Shown here piece by piece: positions 1-11,646 of a DNA stretch of 64,000 nt. The position numbers and the translations under genes are program-made. Location of the stretch: assembly GCA_020184695.1 (NCBI GenBank), contig JAANOX010000132.1:37331-101330 (forward strand), in the 5' to 3' direction. The notes beneath the pieces are model-generated. The model did not search any database and was not told the DNA's origin. It was given only the letters and a program-made list of their open reading frames with translations. Origin of the DNA: Histomonas meleagridis 2922-C6/04-290x (taxonomy: Eukaryota > Protista > Parabasalia). Positions within the stretch are counted from its first letter, which is position 1. The number at the start of each line of letters is the position of its first letter.

Positions 1-128
1 ATCAAAAAGTTGTTCTTGCTCAAATTACTCTCACTTAGATTTAGATGAATTTGATCATAAGTTATCGAGTTTTTTAAACCCATGTTGACGGAATAATAGT
101 TATAATAAGAATCCTTTAAATATTAATT

Positions 129-908
129 TTATTGAATTGTTGAGACTGAAACTGCTAAATCCACATATCTAGCTGCATTATCTACAGCCTGCTTTGCTTT
201 TAATGCGCTTTCACTTAAAGCGAAATTAACTGTTGATCCATCGGCTGACAAGTTCCAATTTCTCTTTTGTATAAATTCTTTTGCTTCATCAGTATTCTTA
301 AAGTGCAAAATTTTTGCAATCTCATCAACAGTTGCACTCTTATAAGAGCGTTCGATAGAGTCTGCGTGGTTATTACGCGCTCCTTCAAGTAAGCGAGCTG
401 TGAGTTGTTGGAATAATGGAGATGGAGCATTACTTTCAAGGGCAAAAAGTTTCAAAAATGAGTTATCAAGGACTGCACGTTCGAGGTCTAATGCGAACTT
501 GATAAATTCGTTTTCAACGGGAACAAAATTTAAGACAATTGGTAATTCAATGTTAAATTCTATGAATTGGCCAAGTGATAATTTGTCAACAAGATACAAG
601 GAAAGTAAAAGTGGCATACGATCGGATTTAGGAATGGTTGATTTCCTAAAATATGTTGTTTTTAATTGTTTGATGACTTGTTCAAAGTGTGTTAGATTCT
701 TGACTTTAAGGGAGCTTATAGCTTCGATTTCGAGAATGTCACGACACATTATAATTTGTTCTTGGGTCATTTTATCTTCATCTTTTGTAAGGAATGGCAT
801 TTGAATCATCATTAACTTTAAGTCGTGAATAAGCTCCAAGGCTTTTGTTGTATCACATTTAGCATCAACTTCCTTGAGTATTGAGTATTTTGCCTGGAAA
901 TCAGACAT
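129..908 (-). CDS. RPN12: 26S proteasome regulatory subunit Rpn12/PSMD8 (PCI-like)
   Basis: Motifs RDILEIEAI, FEQVIKQLK.YF, LLSLYLV..L, LDLERAVLDNSF, ADSIERSY match Rpn12. ATG at 908 (MSDFQ) lies just after an AAAGTGAC motif; the ORF track starts at an upstream GTG. Confidence 0.85.
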   Translation of the reverse strand: MSDFQAKYSILKEVDAKCDTTKALELIHDLKLMMIQMPFLTKDEDKMTQEQIIMCRDILEIEAISSLKVKNLTHFEQVIKQLKTTYFRKSTIPKSDRMPLLLSLYLVDKLSLGQFIEFNIELPIVLNFVPVENEFIKFALDLERAVLDNSFLKLFALESNAPSPLFQQLTARLLEGARNNHADSIERSYKSATVDEIAKILHFKNTDEAKEFIQKRNWNLSADGSTVNFALSESALKAKQAVDNAARYVDLAVSVSTIQ

Positions 909-918
909 ATTGTTGTAT

Positions 919-926
919 GTCACTTT
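919..926 (-). promoter_or_regulatory. AAAGTGAC (trichomonad M2-type) core promoter motif upstream of RPN12
   Basis: GTCACTTT on + at 919-926, 10 nt upstream of the ATG. The same motif lies near other starts (5901-5908, 20073-20080, 47533-47540). Confidence 0.6.
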
Positions 927-1459
927 TTTGGCCACTAGTTGGCCGATTAATAAAAATAAACGGTTCTGTTTATTGTAAAAAGTAAATTATTCAAATCCCC
1001 GCTCACTTTTTTAATTTTTGATTTTGTTTTGCAGAGAAAAATGATAAATAATATATATGCTCAGATTTGTTTTACAAAAAAACGCAATGTTAATGATTTA
1101 TTATAATCCTGTTCAGCATGCTTAATTTCTAAAATTAAGAAATATAAAACGTGAAAATAATTTATCCACATTCCTTTTCAAGTATGTTGTGTATAGGGGT
1201 TTATTCATATATCGACAAATCCATTGTATAATACTAATCGGGCAAAGATAAAATCATGAATGCAGTCTCTATTTTCTTGCGCTCTTTTTTTCTTATTGTT
1301 GTATTGCTACATAATAAATATTACTAAAAATCATTAAAGTTTCCAAATAAATTTCATTCATGTGAACATATAAATATAAAAAAATTTTATTATGTAATGA
1401 ACTTATTAACAAAAATCACTATAAAATAAATTTACTAAATAAAACCGTAAAACAGTTCA

Positions 1460-3118
1460 TTAAAACTCCCGAATATTATCCGTTTCAGGCTCTCTGTACC
1501 ATTCCTTATCGTTATCATTTTCAAGGTCTTCCTCTGGCTCGCCCGACTCGTCTATGCTCTCCCTCCTTTCCTCTCCGTGATGATCCTTATCCTTATCAAA
1601 GCCTTGTTCTGGTTCGCCCGACTCGTCTATGCTCTCCATCCTGTCCTCTTCCTCCTCATCTTCTGGCAGAGTCAATGTTCCTTTCGCCTTTTTCCTCAAT
1701 CGGTAGAAAGGCCTTGCGATCCATATAATAGAAATCACAAATGCCAAAACATATGACGCAGGATAACTCCACAGAACTCGCGTTTGGTCATCGGTTGGCA
1801 CATAATAAAAAATAAAAGCAAAAAGAACTATTCCAACAAAGTTATTCAACAAACTTAAAACAGTTGCTTGAACACCTTTTTGCATCGCCTGTAAAAAGGT
1901 TTGCGCAGTGTAACGAAAACTTTGAAAGATCGAAAAGCCATTAAATATTGTTATTACATGATTATATTGTAAATAACTTTCATCAGATGAAAATATCATG
2001 GCAAGATATCGTGGAATTGACCAAGAAAATATGGATAACAAGCTTGCCCATGATAAGTTAAGCCATAAAACGTGATATGTGAGTCTCATAAATCGCTTAT
2101 ATAATTGAGCACTATATGCATAAGATGCACCCGGAAGATAACCCATCGTAAACCCTACCATGATTGCGTTAGACAAGGCTGAGATACGCATTCCTGCATT
2201 AAATGCTGACATGACGTCATCAAAATCATTTTTAGTTCGATCACCTAAAAATTTACGCACCAGAATAGAAGGAAGCAACACAGAAAGGTTGGCAACGAGT
2301 TGTGATATCCCAACTCGTAAAGCAGGTAGTGTGTGAGGGCTAAACTTCCGAAGTAGCATCCGCCATTGCGGTTTTACATTGAAATAACCGCTGAAGTACA
2401 TAAATATCAAAGTCACTCCTGGGATCATCTCCGCCATAATTGTTGCTAAACCTGCGCCTACTATACCAGTTTTAAAGCCAAAGAGGAAAAGTGGATTAAG
2501 AACTAACATATTACAAACAACTGCAACTACATTAATTATCCCAAAAAATAATGAGCGACCTTCACCTTGAAGACACCCACCAACACCAAGGAAGAAACAC
2601 GTGGAAAAAGTACAAACACAAAGAGGAAGCATATATTCAAAACCCAATTCAATAACTGTTTCAGAGGCACCAAACCAGCGGCCTGCTGGCTTGAGACAAG
2701 GAAGGAGAATACATGGAACTATAATGCCACATATAATACAAACACGAATTAAATCTGCAATAATTTGTCCAGTTTCTTCGATCTTATGAAGTCCAATTAA
2801 AGAAGAGATTTTAGAAGATCCTGCAGTACCAATGAAAAAACCAAAAGCACGACCAATTCCATCAAAACAATTAAATGTTGAGATAGCTGGCATTCCATTT
2901 GGAACAGCTTTAGAAACCCATATGGTTGTAACAATACCATATAAGGCACCAGTGATTTGAGACATAAGTGGACCTGCAGATAATGAAAATTGTGTTCTTA
3001 AAGGCTTGTGACCACCAAGTCTCTTTTCTTCCTTTGACATAGGAGGTGGTTCATTTTTTTCTGGAATGTCTTCATCTTCAGAATTGAGTTCTTCTTCAAT
3101 TTCTTCGTTAGTTTCCAT
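1460..3118 (-). CDS. MATE family efflux transporter with acidic N- and C-terminal tails
   Basis: 552 aa, about 12 hydrophobic segments, MATE motifs (GGCLQGEGRS, NMLVLNPLFLFG, GIVGAGLAT, QTFLQAMQK). Confidence 0.9.
   Translation of the reverse strand: METNEEIEEELNSEDEDIPEKNEPPPMSKEEKRLGGHKPLRTQFSLSAGPLMSQITGALYGIVTTIWVSKAVPNGMPAISTFNCFDGIGRAFGFFIGTAGSSKISSLIGLHKIEETGQIIADLIRVCIICGIIVPCILLPCLKPAGRWFGASETVIELGFEYMLPLCVCTFSTCFFLGVGGCLQGEGRSLFFGIINVVAVVCNMLVLNPLFLFGFKTGIVGAGLATIMAEMIPGVTLIFMYFSGYFNVKPQWRMLLRKFSPHTLPALRVGISQLVANLSVLLPSILVRKFLGDRTKNDFDDVMSAFNAGMRISALSNAIMVGFTMGYLPGASYAYSAQLYKRFMRLTYHVLWLNLSWASLLSIFSWSIPRYLAMIFSSDESYLQYNHVITIFNGFSIFQSFRYTAQTFLQAMQKGVQATVLSLLNNFVGIVLFAFIFYYVPTDDQTRVLWSYPASYVLAFVISIIWIARPFYRLRKKAKGTLTLPEDEEEEDRMESIDESGEPEQGFDKDKDHHGEERRESIDESGEPEEDLENDNDKEWYREPETDNIREF
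1533..1637. repeat. 30-bp direct repeat (75-bp spacing) encoding ESIDESGEPE twice in the MATE tail
   Basis: tctggctcgcccgactcgtctatgctctcc (1533-1562) and tctggttcgcccgactcgtctatgctctcc (1608-1637). Confidence 0.9.
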
Positions 3119-3865
3119 TCTGTGAATAAACTGTTTTACTCACAAAACTTCAACGGTTTGTTTCAAAACTTCTTGCCAAAATGCTGTAGTTTAACTCAAT
3201 TTTGAATAATATACAAAAACTACAAATCGTTTAAAAAGTTCAATGATCAATCTTTTGGTTTAATTAACGGTTTCTTTTATTCTATTCAAAAAGTCGGTTT
3301 TCATGAAAAGTTGGAACGATAGTCAGTTTTTTTCTCCATGTTTTTCATTTTCCAAAAAAAATGGAAAGCACGATACAATTCAATTATTTACTTTTACAGT
3401 CGAGTATAATCGTACTTCACAATTTTTTTCTCCGTAAACTATTCATTCGCTTCCTTTTTTTAGAGAAATTCGGTTTTATCGGTTTATTAAAAATGGGGGA
3501 TTAAACGTCTTCATTCGTAGCAAAATAAATCGGATCACCAAATAAAATGAGTTAAAACTATCTGTGTGGATTGATTGTTTGGGTTTTTTGTTTTATTTTT
3601 ATTGATACCAACCAATTTCAATAATTAATTTGTGCATCATTTTGCAATGAGGAATATGTGAACATCATTAGCCTATCCTGAGAAAGTGTCTGCTTTTCAA
3701 AGCTAGAGTTTAAGTTGTTAGCTTTGCCCGATCGAAGAATTGGATTTCTTCTAACGTGTTTTCCATCTTTTGGAATTAGTTAATTCCTAGAAAACATTCG
3801 ATTACTTATTCTCATTATATGAAATTTAATTATATTAAAATATTTTTAAATTAAACGTAACAATT

Positions 3866-5305
3866 TTATTTTTTAACAGCTCTTTGATGTATAATTTCTT
3901 TCCAATTTTTTAACACACACAACGTTAATTGGTCCGCTCCAGCATTTGATAAAACCTCCAACAAGTCACCATAATATTGTTCGTTTCTATCCAACGTATA
4001 ATGTTTAGCTGTCAGCCAAATCGAGCATCCACTTCTTAAGTTTTGTTCTCTCGACAGATGAATTAGCACTGCGTTTCGCACGATCTCCAAATCATTCGGC
4101 GCTTCTTGTCTTGCTCTATTACCCAATGTAAACGCGTCCTTAAAATTCCCGTTAATATAATGTAACGAAGCCTTATTTATGAAAGCTTCAGGTGTATTAA
4201 TATTTTTTATTAATTCGAAGCATTGATTATACTCATAGTTTAACCAATGCGAATGAGCAGAAACACATTTTTCGAAATCTGTTGAATCTTTTGGCAACTT
4301 AAATATTTTTTGTGCCGTTTTACTATCGCCAATCATATTTAAAGAATAAGCAAATTCACATAAAAATGTTGACGAAGGCAAATCAATTCCATTCGAAAGT
4401 GATTCATCATAAATATATTGATATTGATCAACAGCGTTATGATACTCTTTATTAAGTAATGATATTTTTGCAAGTTTATATAACGTTAACAAAGAGCCAT
4501 CGTGTTGGCTATGTTCTAAACGACAATAAAATTGTAATAGTATTGTTTGCTCATTAAAATTTCCAATGGAACCAACAACTTCGGCCATATTAAAAACAAT
4601 GGAATTAACATTTGCGAGACTTGATCGAATTCCTTTCTCAAAATTAATAAGGGAATTTTGTACTTGATGAAGATAAAAATAACATATACCAATACAATTG
4701 TAACTATCGGTTATTCGATAATGATTTGATATCGATGTGAAAAAAAATGGAATGGCATGTTGATAATTACGTTGAAGTAAATATGAAAAGCCCTTGAGGT
4801 AATGAATATATTTGGTTTGTTCAAATTCACCAGAAATTTGAAGAACTGTATCATGTTTCCTTCGAAGATAAGAAGACCAAAGGTGAATAAACGGTGATAC
4901 TTGTTTAGGGAGTTTGCCTCTTTCTAGTAATATTAATGAACAAAGCATTTCATAAGATTTGTTTGTATTATCATGTGAACAAGATAATTCAAGTTGTCGA
5001 ATAGCTGATTTGTAATCACCTTTAGAAGCGAGAAAAAGAGAAATATTTTGATTAAACTGACAAATTGTGGAATTTCTAAGTTCTTCATTTCCAATTCCAT
5101 AAATCATGGAATTGATAGATTCACACTCAGCGAAATTGAAAGTTGAATTCCGTATGGCATTTGCAATAAAGCAATTTGCCTTTAAAATTATTGAAGAATC
5201 ATATGAAATTGATTTATTTTCCAAAATAATATTAATTTCTTCCATGGATTTTTGGTACTGCCCATACTGAAATGCTTCTTTTGCAGCTGAGTACCTAAGT
5301 TTCAT
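3866..5305 (-). CDS. TPR-repeat protein
   Basis: 479 aa with TPR-like helices (YLKGFSYLLQRNYQHAI, SYNCIGICYFYL, AFINKASLHYINGNFKDAF). Confidence 0.7.
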   Translation of the reverse strand: MKLRYSAAKEAFQYGQYQKSMEEINIILENKSISYDSSIILKANCFIANAIRNSTFNFAECESINSMIYGIGNEELRNSTICQFNQNISLFLASKGDYKSAIRQLELSCSHDNTNKSYEMLCSLILLERGKLPKQVSPFIHLWSSYLRRKHDTVLQISGEFEQTKYIHYLKGFSYLLQRNYQHAIPFFFTSISNHYRITDSYNCIGICYFYLHQVQNSLINFEKGIRSSLANVNSIVFNMAEVVGSIGNFNEQTILLQFYCRLEHSQHDGSLLTLYKLAKISLLNKEYHNAVDQYQYIYDESLSNGIDLPSSTFLCEFAYSLNMIGDSKTAQKIFKLPKDSTDFEKCVSAHSHWLNYEYNQCFELIKNINTPEAFINKASLHYINGNFKDAFTLGNRARQEAPNDLEIVRNAVLIHLSREQNLRSGCSIWLTAKHYTLDRNEQYYGDLLEVLSNAGADQLTLCVLKNWKEIIHQRAVKK

Positions 5306-5413
5306 GGTTATGAAACGTGAATCAACAAATCAATTTAACGGTCATGTTTTATAAACGGCCTTTGGAGCACCCCAATTTTATGAAAGCAAAAAAAAAATTT
5401 ATGATCATAATGT

Positions 5414-5887
5414 TTATTTGACGAAGAATGTAATGACCATAAATACCAATGAGCATATCAAGTTTGCCCAAATTCCGATGTTGATTGATTCAATCGTCTT
5501 ATTTTCGAGGAAGAACATTGCTAATAAGAAAGCAGAAGTACTTGCAAGAGAGACAAGGTATCCAAGAATCCTTGTAATCCTCAAAGGAACAATTAATAAT
5601 ATAATTGTAATTACCATTGCATAGAAAATAAGTTCGAATGTGATTTGGTTTCTAGGTCCTCCTTCTGATGGTGGTGTAGCAAGATACCTAAGATTCTTTT
5701 CGAATATGAATATGTTATCAATTGAATCCGGGGTGTTGAAATCTGTTTTCATAATTCCGATTTTCTTTAAAGCATATTTCAAGTATGGAATAACCAATTG
5801 TCCGGGTGCATATTGCTCTTCTCCAACCTGAACCCAAGGAAGAGCATATGTGAGGATGATTACGCCAAGGAAAATAACCCCTAACAT
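5414..5887 (-). CDS. Small hypothetical membrane protein (about 4 hydrophobic segments)
   Basis: 157-aa ATG ORF with N-terminal and three C-terminal hydrophobic stretches; TCACTTTT initiator-like motif upstream. Confidence 0.65.
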   Translation of the reverse strand: MLGVIFLGVIILTYALPWVQVGEEQYAPGQLVIPYLKYALKKIGIMKTDFNTPDSIDNIFIFEKNLRYLATPPSEGGPRNQITFELIFYAMVITIILLIVPLRITRILGYLVSLASTSAFLLAMFFLENKTIESINIGIWANLICSLVFMVITFFVK

Positions 5888-6321
5888 TCTGTTTTTGTCA
5901 AAAGTGACTTAACATTAACTCATTTAAATGAAAAGAAAAGTAAAACATTGATTTCTTCAGCGGTTTCTATTAACTGCAATCACTTTTCATACTATAACTT
6001 TTTGATAATTTTACGGTGTAAAAAACTGTTTCATCTTGTATTGCATGAGAGTTACAAATTATCTTTAAGCTTAAATTAAAATAAAGTAGGGCTTGTCATG
6101 ACTTTTACAGCACGTTATAAGGTTTTAAATAATATCAGCTGTTTAATTCATGACAAAAATATTCATTTATCTAATATTATATTGAAATTAAATTTAAAAT
6201 GAAAAATTACCACTAGAATTCCCTGTACAATGGAGTTAAACAAAATTTTACCAAACAAAGATCGAAGAAAAATGTAAAAAAATGATTGCAAAAACATTTA
6301 TTAACAATTTGAATAATTTGC

Positions 6322-6990
6322 TTAGTTTCTATTTGGAGGGAACACCCCAGGGGCATTTTGGAAAATTGAGTTCATTGGGAGTTGGCTCCAATAAGGTTGT
6401 GATGCAAATGTTGGTTGTTGATTGACTCTTGGAAGAGTTTGTGGTACCATAAAAACATAAGAATTTGCCATTGGTCTTTGCCCAATTTGTGCAGGCCTCT
6501 GACCGAATTGTTGAGGTCCCATGGATGAATAATGATTTGGAGCTGAATCCATGTTGGGCATGAACTGCCTTGGTGGGAAATTGATCATTTGTGGTTGAAA
6601 AGCAGGATGAGCAGCAGGTGCAATTTGTAAAATTATGTGTACTGACCCTCCATTGTTAGAATCAACAAGAGGCTGAAGATCATACCACTTGTCTCTTATT
6701 TCGAAAAGTGCTAAATCGCCAAGAGGAATATGTAATATGGCAATCGGTCGGTCTTCATCTGAATAAGGTACTCTGTTTTTAACGATAGCTCTCATTACGG
6801 TATTGCCTTGATCTATAATGCCAAAGTGGAATATTTGATTCCAAATTGGGCTTTGGGTATTTAAAATAACATTTGTTTGCTGAATTGCTGAACTCGTTGA
6901 GAGCTGTATTGTCATATATAGATCAGAAGCATTTAAAAAATCCACCTTTGTTATGTTTGATGCTTCGACTACGTGGACATGCAGCTGCAT
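6322..6990 (-). CDS. C2-domain protein with Pro/Gln-rich tail
   Basis: N-terminal C2 signature (LHVHVVEASNI..VDFLNASDLY, PIWNQIFHF, DKWYDL, GGSVHIILQI) followed by a P/Q-rich low-complexity tail. Confidence 0.9.
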   Translation of the reverse strand: MQLHVHVVEASNITKVDFLNASDLYMTIQLSTSSAIQQTNVILNTQSPIWNQIFHFGIIDQGNTVMRAIVKNRVPYSDEDRPIAILHIPLGDLALFEIRDKWYDLQPLVDSNNGGSVHIILQIAPAAHPAFQPQMINFPPRQFMPNMDSAPNHYSSMGPQQFGQRPAQIGQRPMANSYVFMVPQTLPRVNQQPTFASQPYWSQLPMNSIFQNAPGVFPPNRN

Positions 6991-8619
6991 TTTGTTTGTT
7001 TCGTCTCGACGGCTTGAAGATTACAAATTTTCTATCGGAGCCAAAATTGAAAGGGCTGTTAAATGGACGGTTGTGGTATGCGATAATGGGGCGGCCCAAA
7101 TTTTGAGTAGTTAAAAAACTGGCAGTTTCTGGAAAAAATTTCACATTAGTCTCTAAATTTATAAAATATATATCATTAATAATTTTATTTTTCAATTCTG
7201 TGTTTGTGGTTTAAAATATCAAAAATTCTCCTTTATTCACTAGGAATAATTTTCTATATAAGTTTTTTTCTTGATGCTTACTGAGGGTGATTCAATTATT
7301 ACCTCTCTTATCCATATAATTTATATAAATTACATTCAAGTTCTTCCTTTTTTTATCACATTCCTCAAATAAAAAAAAAAAATATATAAATAAATATCAA
7401 TGAAGGATATACAAATATTTAGAGGGATAACATTATATTTTAGTGGATAAAAAATGAAATGAAGATTCACAATCATATATGGATTCATTAACAATTATAA
7501 ATAAATTACACACTACAGAAATTATTCAACAATCATTTGTTATATTCAAGATATATTACTTCTAAAACAAACAAAATACCAAGTTCAATTACAGTTAATG
7601 TATTTTCATTGCATGTTGTATTAATTATTCAGATAAAACAAATGAATTTATCGAAAAAAATGAAAGAAGAAACACTTGTAATGATAATGTTATTTATCAT
7701 GTCTTCAAGTCAAACCGTCAAGAAAAAATAAACGTGCTTTTGATTCCTCAAAACTTGTGTGATTAAGCGCAATCACTTCTTTTGACTACGGTTATTGGTG
7801 TAATCTTTTGAAATTTATAACAAATCACAATGGTGAACACAATATTAAATCTCGAAAATATTTCTTTTATCATTAGAAAAGTTAAATTCGTAAAGACAGA
7901 ACAAAAGCTAAAGATGCTGTTAATTCGAAGAGATTAATTAAATTCAATTTGAATAGCAGTAATGAACCAAGAATAAATAGCAGCCACAGTAAGAATACTT
8001 TTCTGGGCCTTTTTATTCACAAAATAAACATGAGAAAAAATGAACCTGATGTAAATCATGGTGATTTCTTGCATATTTTTTTCTGAGAGGGAAAAGTGAC
8101 AATGTCATTTTTTGGATAAACAGTTCAAAGCAGAATGTGTTAAGTTGGGAAAAACTTATTTTATGATTAACTTTTTGAAAATTTCTGGTTTATGAAGTGA
8201 CATGTTTATCTATGTAAAGCATTGATAAATTCTATTAGATTTGATTTCAAAGCTTTGAGTTGACAGTTTTGAACGTCACTCAAAAATTTTCGGAAATGGT
8301 AAAACAAAACATTAATACTCACTTTTTATCTAATTATTTTCATCTATTTTATCACAATTCTTCAAACCATAATTACATTGAACAAATTTTTTTGTCCAAA
8401 ATATCTATTCTAACAATACGAAATTTTATCGATAATAATTACATTATTAATGCATTACATAATATCATTTTACACCCCTGTTTTACGATATATATATTTT
8501 CATGTTTTTATTATTTGCTAAAAGTTATTTTGGTTAATTTAAATTTACTAAAGCGAAAGAATTACAAAAAAGAAAACTTTAAAAACAAAATTTTTCTGCT
8601 TTTGTTTTTTCTCTTTTTT

Positions 8620-10287
8620 ATGAAATCTTTTGAAGCGTTTGATTCATCAACTAAAACGCTCACTATTTCATCTTTAAGTGAATATTCTGAAAGAAATACA
8701 TATAGATCTCAAGCACATTATCTTATTATTGAAAATGGTGTTGAAGAAATCGATGATTATGCTTTTGAGGAATGGCCTTTACTTAAATCAGCCATTATTA
8801 GTGATTCAGTTACATCAATCGGAAGTTATGCATTTTCTTCGTGTGCATCAATGGTTAATATTACAATGCCAAATTCGATTACTTCAATTGCAAGTTCTCT
8901 ATTTTATCAATGTGCATCATTAGTAAGTATTTCAATACCAAATACAGTTACATCAATTGGAAGTTTTGCATTTAGTGGTTGTACAGCATTAACTGATTTT
9001 ACATTTCCAAATTTAGTTACAACAATTGAAAGTTATGTATTTTATGAATGCGAATCATTCGTAAATTTCATAATACCAAATTCAATTACATCAATCGGAA
9101 GTAATGCATTTGCATATTGTAGGAAATTAGAAACAGTAAAAATTAGCGAAAATGTAACAACAATTGGAGATAATGCATTTTTTTATTGTATTTATTTAGT
9201 AACGAATAAAATTGGTGAAAATGTTGCAACAATAGGAGATTATGCATTTTCACGTTGTGTTGTTTTAGAAACGTTTAAAATTGGTGAAAATGTTGCATCA
9301 ATTGGAGATTATGCATTTCAATTTTGTACCAAGTTAAAATGTATTTATTTCACAGGCAATAAATCGCCAACAGATATAAGTTCAAATGCATTTTCAGATG
9401 TTCCAGCGCAATATGTTATGACATCAGATTTGTATGAGGATGAAACGTTTGGATCTCTTTCCGTATCGAAAGGTTCATCGATCGAAGGATGCGATCAATA
9501 TCCCTGGCCAACGCACACATTCACACAATCGAGTACATTTACTAAGTCAAATACATTTTCGCAATCGAGTACATTTACTAAGTCAAATACATTTTCACAA
9601 TCGAATACATTTACTGAATCAAATACATTTTCACAATCGAACACATATTCTCAGAGTAATACATTTTCTAATTCTAATTCATATTCAGAATCAAACACAT
9701 TTACTAAGACAAACACGTTTTCTAACACGTATACACAAACATTAACATTTTCTAATTTTAATGCTTTTACAAATTCAAATACATTTACACAGTCACTGCA
9801 ATCTGATGCGTCTTTTGTTCATACATTATTCATTACGCAATCCATTACGCAAACAATTATCCCCAAAACTGTGACTACAAATACTATTTCTCTTTCGTTC
9901 ATTAATTCTTCGTATTATTATGTTAAAACATTATTTATCTATTATGAATATATAATTATTGAATATTCTTCATACATTTCATATTATACAGGTTTTTATA
10001 CGATTATAAAACAAAATGAAATGAATGACAATAATAACAATATGAATAACAAACAAATTATTATAATTATCGCTTGCGTTTGTGTAGTAGTAATTATCAT
10101 TGTTATAATATCTATAATATTAATTATTCATAAAAAACGAAGGAATGAAACAGAAAGTATGAAAGAAGGAAATGTTGATAATGATAACTTTGATATTTCA
10201 ATGAATAACTTATCAATAGATATCTCGAAAATTGAAGAAGATCCATTCGCAGTTGATTTCAAAGAAAAGAAATTTAGACATATTTAA
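8620..10287 (+). CDS. BspA-like (TpLRR/LRR_5) surface protein with Ser/Thr stalk, TM helix and acidic tail
   Basis: Repeated IPNSVTSIGSxAF-type LRRs, F-x-x-S-N-T hexapeptide repeats, TM IIIIIACVCVVVIIIVIISIILII, tail ending DPFAVDFKE. Start uncertain; ATG 8620 is the nearest ATG to the LRRs. Confidence 0.85.
   Translation: MKSFEAFDSSTKTLTISSLSEYSERNTYRSQAHYLIIENGVEEIDDYAFEEWPLLKSAIISDSVTSIGSYAFSSCASMVNITMPNSITSIASSLFYQCASLVSISIPNTVTSIGSFAFSGCTALTDFTFPNLVTTIESYVFYECESFVNFIIPNSITSIGSNAFAYCRKLETVKISENVTTIGDNAFFYCIYLVTNKIGENVATIGDYAFSRCVVLETFKIGENVASIGDYAFQFCTKLKCIYFTGNKSPTDISSNAFSDVPAQYVMTSDLYEDETFGSLSVSKGSSIEGCDQYPWPTHTFTQSSTFTKSNTFSQSSTFTKSNTFSQSNTFTESNTFSQSNTYSQSNTFSNSNSYSESNTFTKTNTFSNTYTQTLTFSNFNAFTNSNTFTQSLQSDASFVHTLFITQSITQTIIPKTVTTNTISLSFINSSYYYVKTLFIYYEYIIIEYSSYISYYTGFYTIIKQNEMNDNNNNMNNKQIIIIIACVCVVVIIIVIISIILIIHKKRRNETESMKEGNVDNDNFDISMNNLSIDISKIEEDPFAVDFKEKKFRHI
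9520..9790 (+). repeat. 18-bp tandem coding repeats (F[ST]xSNT stalk) in BspA
   Basis: Units such as acatttactaagtcaaat and acattttcacaatcgaat recur at an 18-nt period. Confidence 0.85.
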
Positions 10288-10619
10288 ACAAATTAAATGG
10301 AAATTTATTGTTTTCCAATGACGTATATCATTAAATTAAATGATGTTGAAAATTTATAAATGATATCAAAGAGTGAAATAAAATGTTTTGTATAAATCGC
10401 TATGTGTTTTAAGAACAAAATTTGTTAATAAGCATAAAAAATTAAAATTTTTTTCTAAGAATAATAATACATTTTTAATCAATGTTTCGTTTGGTTTTGT
10501 TGAACAAATTCGTTTTGGAGAGTTCCAATCCAAAAATTGGAAACTCATAGAAGATTGAGAAATATGAAACAAACTCAAAGAAAGAGCTGATTGACATAAT
10601 CTCTTCCACGCTTAGAACT

Positions 10620-11330
10620 GTTGATAATTTCATTTTGATATATAATAGAATGAATATAATATATCAAATAAATAACGATCAAATAATCATAATAAATGAA
10701 TGCCGTAAAGAAATATCAATGTTTGCGTTAATGTTTTTGTATATGTTAAAGTAATAGTGATTCCAATGAAAATGCAAAAGATTTTTATTCTGTAAATGTA
10801 TTTGCTTTAGTAATTATAAATTTATTTGATTGAGAAATTTATTAGTAATTATAAGTAAATATATTAGTATATATAAGTAAATTTATTAGTAATTATAAAT
10901 TTATTTGATTTAGTAAATGTATTCTTTTTAGTGAATGAATGTGTTGATGAAACACTTGCATTTGGCATCGCTCTTATAGTTACATTTAGGCCGCCAAATG
11001 TTATACCAATATAAGTTTCTTTTGTATAATGAAGTAGAAATATCTGTAAAAATATTTTTTAAACTCGTCGGATCAGTTTCGACAAAATAATAAATATATT
11101 TGAGCCTGGAATATGATGAAAATGTTTGCTTCAATTGTTATGACATCCGATGTTGTACCAATATAGATCGTTTCTGTTACATGAATAACTTGATTGGCTT
11201 TCAATAGCTGTTCTTGAAGATGGAAGTTTATATGTTATATGGCTTTCCTAATGGATAATGAATGACTCTATTGATAAGTTTGTTAAACAAAATGCAACAT
11301 TTTGAATTATCAAATAATGTAAAACAATTT
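10620..11330 (-). pseudogene. Decayed BspA-like gene remnant
   Basis: Minus-strand fragments (SDVITIEANIFSSYSRLKYIYY, THSFTKKNTFTKSNKF repeats) parallel the intact BspA layout but carry frameshifts and stops; boundaries approximate. Confidence 0.55.
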
Positions 11331-11646
11331 GCAAAAAATAAAAAATTCAAAAAAAGATAATATTTTTTTGTTTGATGTTATGCGTGGTGTTTAGAAAAAA
11401 AAATTTATTCTTAAAACAAATGAAATCAAAAAAAGAATACAAATTTTAATGATTCCTTTGGAAATTTTATGTTTTGCTAGAGCACAATGAAAAGGATGAA
11501 ATAAGTAATTCACAATAAAAGGTGATGTTAAACAATTGTTAAACTTTGTTAAGTTTTAATAAGTAAACATTTGAATATTCACTTTTTAAATTTAATTTAA
11601 TTTAATAAAATTTTATCAAAACACATAATTTACAAATAAAGTTAAT

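Noticed and set aside
7537-8090. Possible decayed coding or transposon remnant (HNGEHN-like fragment)
   Set aside because: Many stops and no motif I can assign with confidence.
9520-9790. Link between the BspA 18-nt repeats and the 17-nt inserts
   Set aside because: The BspA units are in-frame coding hexapeptides with a different sequence.
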